From Thalia democratica (lineage: Eukaryota), in the NCBI GenBank assembly GCA_965202585.1, contig OZ241832.1:8122001-8186000 (forward strand): 64,000 nt of DNA. Direction: 5' to 3'. The position numbers and the translations under genes are program-made. Below, in pieces: positions 58,573 to 64,000 of the stretch. Position 1 is the first letter of the stretch. Every line of letters starts with the position of its first letter. The notes under the pieces were generated by a model. It did no database searches and was not told the origin of the DNA. It worked only from the letters and a program-made list of their open reading frames with translations.

Positions 58573-61500
58573 GACTAAATATTTTGAGCATCTTCTTTTT
58601 TTATCATTTAATTAACTATAGGTAATTACCAAAAGGTTTTATGTAAAACTATTGATGTTGCTAAGGAAACAATAAGATATGTGGTGCTCGTAATAAAAAC
58701 AGTTAAGGTTTGTAAAAAATTTATCAAGTTTACTTAGATTAAACTTGTTAAAATTAATTGTTATAGTTTTGTCATAATTTCAAAAATTCAAAACTTTCCT
58801 TTAAATTAACTCAATATTTATTAAAACTTAAAGGAACTAAAATAACTATTTCTTTAACCCGGGAAAGCCCCTTTTAAAAAAATGTTTTGTTATACAAGGG
58901 CTGTTCTGATCGAGCAGCTTCAACATTCTGAAAATAGTTTACATATATCAATCCGAGATTGATTTTTTTTATTTTTTTCTTGTTTCTTTTAATTAAAAAT
59001 ATTTGAAATCTTTTTTTGACTTTTATGCCTTTTATTTCACAAGGTGGGATAGGGATAAGGGTATACCCAATACAATAGATAAAAAATTTAAAAAAAACAT
59101 GCAAACTGTTTCCACCCTTCTAATCAAGCAACTGAGTAAAAAAAATAAAATAACTTCAGTTTTTGTAAACCTAACATTAAAAATGTTAAAACTTTCATGC
59201 CCATTCTTTTTATTTTAAGAAATAAAGTTCAAACAAGTATAAGTTTTAAAAATGTAAAACTAAGAAAGATATAGAATTTAGATAAACCTGTTGTCAAAAA
59301 GGACGTCAAAAGGTTCGCTATATTGACGACAAAAAAAAAATTGTCTGATGAAGTCAATGTTTTGCTTAAGATTCCTTAGATGTTACAAATTTTTGATTCA
59401 TGGTTAACTTAAAAAGATTGCTATTAACAATTAAAAACACATTGCTGTAATAATTATTTTCTAAAGCTTAGTGTAATGTAATCTTAAACTATACTTTTCT
59501 AATAACTTTGGTAGATTTTGTTACAATCGTAACATAATTTATTTTGTTTAGTTTTGTCTTAAACTAGATTACTTTAATAGTTTGTTATATTTTGTTAGTT
59601 ATTCTGGTCATAATTTATATATTTATTTAAACAAACTTAAAACACTATAAAATGAATCTAATTTCGTAAAGAAAACCCTAGTTTTCAACTCAAACAAACT
59701 TAGACTTATTAGAAGTAAAAATTGTAGAAATTTATTTAAAATAACAAGCAACAATATTTTTAACCGTACTAAACGTTAAAAAAACTAAGAAATAAAGTTA
59801 TAAAAAACAAAAAAAAAAATATCATTTTGTACAAAGTATGTAGATATTGAAATCAAATAAATGACTGAAAACTAGTTTATCAAAAAAATAAATTCACACA
59901 ATCAACTGAACAAAGTATAATCTAAATATTTGACTACAATACTTTGAAAAATTTAACATACAACATAAAAAGATTAATTACAAGTTTTTTTTTCGGTATA
60001 CAGTATCACCTTTTTCTTAAACAGTGGATACTATTTAGGGAATATGAAAAAGCATTCGTTTTTCCAACGTTTAGAGTTTTAGCCTGCAGTTGTTATACTA
60101 TTATTTACGTATTGTATTATCCACAACTAATAGAAAAGTTTTTTGTTTTAAATGCAACTTCAACTGATAAAAGAATATTATTAAAGGCTTTTCTGAAGCT
60201 AATGTACTAAGTAGGTGTATTTTGTATGATAGAAAATAAACGGTAAGCTTAAAACTAGTTGCTAAAAACTTTAATATCCCTTAATTCAGGCTACAAAAAA
60301 AATTATTGAACCCAAGGCTAAAAAAGTACTAAGATAACAAACAAATCCTAACAAACACAGAAAATATATTTAAAATATTTAAAAATGAATCTTCCTCAGA
60401 TCTAGCTGTTAAAAACTTTATAATTTCTAAACAACTGTTGCAGTTTTTTCCGGATACTAGCTGTGTATTCAATATAGGGTACAAATTAAATAAGACTGTG
60501 GAGACTATTTAATTAAACTTTGTGGTTAAGTAAACATTGTTATTTAATTAAACTTGGTTATTAAGTTAACAATAGTTACTTTTGTAAAATACAAACAAAA
60601 ATGTTAAAATTTATATTTTTCAACCTGCCAGTTGTAAAAACTGATTTAACTCATTTTGAGCACTTTTAAATTTTAAGTTGATCTTATGCTAAAATAATTG
60701 CTGTTAATGGAGCTAAAAGCAGACAGCTATTTTGAAGTAAGCAAAATTGATTTCTTTTAAGACTGCGTTAACAAAAGTTAAAGAAGGTTCATTGAAAAGC
60801 GAGCGCTTTTGTTACTTGACTCTAGCAACAGAATATGTTTTTTAAGCCTACTGCAAAGTTAGTACAAGAAAAATGATATGCGTTGCATAGCCGACCAATA
60901 ACAGCTTTAAAAAATAAAAATAATTAAACAGCGTTATTTAAGTTTAATACACTTTTAAATGTTCTTTTTTACGAGATCACTTGTCAACTCTTTTGTTAAC
61001 AAAGACTTTAAAATTTTTCAAGTGCGACAAAGTATGTACTTAGAAATAATATTATTTTAATCAATAAATTTTAACTCAAAAACTTTTCATATAATTTTTA
61101 AATGCTTCCATGAAGAATTTTAGTATCGGAACTTGTTAATTAGATTCTTAACTAATATAGTAACTTACAAATATCAGTTAAAAATTTATGTTCATACTAA
61201 TTGAAGTACTTCATTGTAAAAACTCTTTGATAGCTGACTGTATTCAAGATTTTTTTTATTGAGTTTAAATAGCACTAGTTTGTTAATTTGAAAGTTATAT
61301 ATCCAGTAGTAAAATAACTTTTTAAACTAATCCGTATACTCAAAAAGTATAACCTCTAGATAGCATCACCTGCTCATCATTAACTTTGATTTTTTCAAAA
61401 CGATTTTATAAGAGTACTTTTCAAGTGTTCGCAGCTATTTAAATAAATTCAAATGAGTTTGGTTTCAAGTTTGTTGCAACATTTTATAAAAATGCTTTTA

Positions 61501-64000
61501 AAAAGACAGTATTAAAACTTACCTCAGTTGTAACTTTGTAACAGTTTGTTCAATTTTATAAGTTTTACAGTATATCGAATTTTTTGATAGCTATGCTATG
61601 TTTTAAGAAAGATAAAAAGCACAGTGTATAAGTAAAATTCGTTATATCTATTTTAGCTTAATTGATAAAAAAAAGCAATGTAGTACAAAAATGTACAAAG
61701 ATAACGATAAAGTTTTAAAAGATTGTCATTACCGGCTAATTAAGCACATTTACGCTTCAATGGTGAAATAAGTGAAAATAATAAGCTTCAATACTTTTTG
61801 ATAGTTTTGTGTTTAAAAAATTTAAGTTGGTTTTGCTACTAAAGCTTTAGTTAGGTTCGTTTGATTTCGAATCTTATGATTTTTTTTGTAACGAATTATT
61901 AAAGAAAGTTTAAAAAACTATAACGTCAAAGGTTAGGCTCACTTTGCTGCTCTTTATTCTGCAAAATCAATTAGTCATTTTAGCTCATGCGAATTGAACC
62001 TTATGGTGATTTTACACGTTGTACTAGTATTGCTACAATATTTGCAATGTTGTCATTTGCAAAATGTCATTTGTAAATTCAATTACTCTAGTATGCTTGT
62101 TATTTTTTGTCTTTTAAAAAATATTATAATTTTTAATACATACCTAGTGATTTTTAAACTAAAAAAACTAAACAGTCTTAAAAAAGTAGCCGATTTTATA
62201 AAATTTTGTTTACTGCTTTTTCATATGACTATAGTTGTAGAAATTCTTTGTTACAGTTAGAATGTACGAACAGTTTTAGTAAAGTTTGATTTATACATTT
62301 TAAAAACTTTAAAGTAAGTTTACAAAAAATAGCTCAAAGTATTGCAACGGTGCAAATGCTTTATGTTTTTATTGCTATTTAGACGAAACAATATTTTTAT
62401 TGTAAAAGATCAACTAATCACGTGAAAAGGTTGAATTCTGTAAACAAATGTTTGTTGTAATAAGTGAAACTTTGCCTGTTTTCGGCCGTTACAAGTGCTT
62501 GTTACGTTGTAACTTGGTGTTGAACGTTTAATCTTTTTAATTGAGCAATTGGAAAGAAATCAAATCAAGTAGGCTGTCGTTTTAGCTACTGTATGGTCAA
62601 TAAAAAGTTTTAAATTAAACAAAAAATATTGTTTTATTTCCTGTTTTAAACTAAAAGAAAATAACTCTGTGTTGCTTGAGAATAAATTTTAAGTAATTTT
62701 TTTAAAATAGAACAAACGAAAAGAAAGTTATTATGTACAAAAAGCTCAAAGCTAATTGAAAAATAATTTTATACATAAAAACAGATAAGTTATGAAGCTT
62801 TTAAACGTAAAAAAAAAGTTTAATACGTTTTTAAAAAGTCAAGGTTAAATATAATCCATCAAAGCCGAAAACAAAAATGACACACCGTTTTATTTTTCAC
62901 TTAAAAAACCAAAACACTTTTTATTTTTGTGGCTTAGAACTGTTTATACGTAAACAGTTTAATTGTTTGAACAAAATTTTGCCTTAAGCATGTAATTGAT
63001 GAATGTAGATTTTGATTTTTGGCGTTATAATCGTTTAATCTTTTGTATTGAGCTATTCAATTTAAGTATTTCAATTTAAGTGAGCAGTTGATGATTTGTT
63101 GGTGGTTGTTTTAATATAAAAACTTTTCTTTTTATGACTTTTGTAAGTTGAGTTTTTATGTTTAGTTTGTTCACGAGTGTACATTTTTTTATGTTGAACA
63201 GATCGCTTTGACTTCGTAAATTCTTACAAATAAGAAAGTTTAATATTTCATTAATGAGCAATCAAGTAAAAGGCAGTATAATGAACAGTTGTAATATAAT
63301 ATGTTTAATTGAATAATATATGATGTTTGAAAAATAAACAGAGTTTGTTATTATACATTTATGCCAGAATACTTTTCACATTAGTGTCATGTAGAATTTT
63401 TTATATTTAATTAGTAAAACTTCTCAATTAATACCATTATTTAATCGGATTAAAGATAGTTTTATTGATGTTTAAATGTTAATTCACTAAATTTATGTTG
63501 AAAAGTAAATTAAGACATAAATTTGTTTATGTAAAAAGTTAACTTTAAATTTATTAAGTCTTTATTTTGCTTGGATATTATACTTAAAAATGTTGATAGA
63601 TTTTGAAAGTTAGCTTATTAACAGTATTTTTCTATAATGCTTGAGGTAGATTTTAAAAAACAATATTTAAGTTTCGTGGGTGTACAGAAAGCTTTTGTTA
63701 TAAATTTTTAAAGTAAACAAAAACTAGTTTATTTACTTTAAATTTAAATTAATTCCTTTATTGTTAGTTTAATATTTTTATTTTATTTACAGGTATAATC
63801 AGCTTCAGCTTTTTTATCTTTTTTTAAACTATTAATCATGATTTAGTTCTAAATCTGTCAACACCATGATTTTGAGTTTAAAATACTTTACATATTTATA
63901 CATGCTTAAAAGTTTAAAGCAACAATTAATTTAAAATAAAATAATCACAAATTGTTTTGGGTTTGTGTTTTATATCTTAGCTGTATCTAAAATTAACCTA

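Noticed and set aside
58700-64000. Short ORFs (59003..59218, 59944..60210, 61994..62260, 63076..63261)
   Set aside because: AT-rich, F/K/L/I-biased chance ORFs with no motifs or consistent splice structure; treated as ordinary intergenic or intronic DNA

Overview
AT-rich eukaryotic (invertebrate-animal-like) genomic DNA with GT-AG introns and one 136-N gap (15756-15891); I cannot assign the species. Host genes: (1) the 3' five exons of an SLC6 Na+/Cl- neurotransmitter or amino-acid transporter (+, 944-6899); (2) a 3-exon gene of about 1250 aa (+, 11883-16169) with a CXorf38/DUF4559/DZIP3-like HEPN domain (intact RNKILH motif) and a 27-aa coding tandem repeat, bracketed by ~1.3-1.5 kb inverted repeats; (3) an 8-9 exon caspase (-, 38652-51277; SSHG and QACRG intact); (4) a PRMT9-like methyltransferase with an intron-free CDS (-, 52282-54651). 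A relic paralogue of gene 2 (about 18530-19496) is interrupted by a 13.2 kb LTR-internal-LTR-internal-LTR array (5957-bp period, 1304-bp LTRs, 4-bp TSD AAGG). Each internal region keeps an open gag-protease-like ORF that starts inside the LTR but has no intact RT, RNase H or integrase. The rest holds decayed LINEs, a hAT BED-finger relic and several MITEs, including a 2 kb Mutator/Foldback-type element with a 9-bp TSD. All domain calls come from motif recognition by eye, not from database searches.
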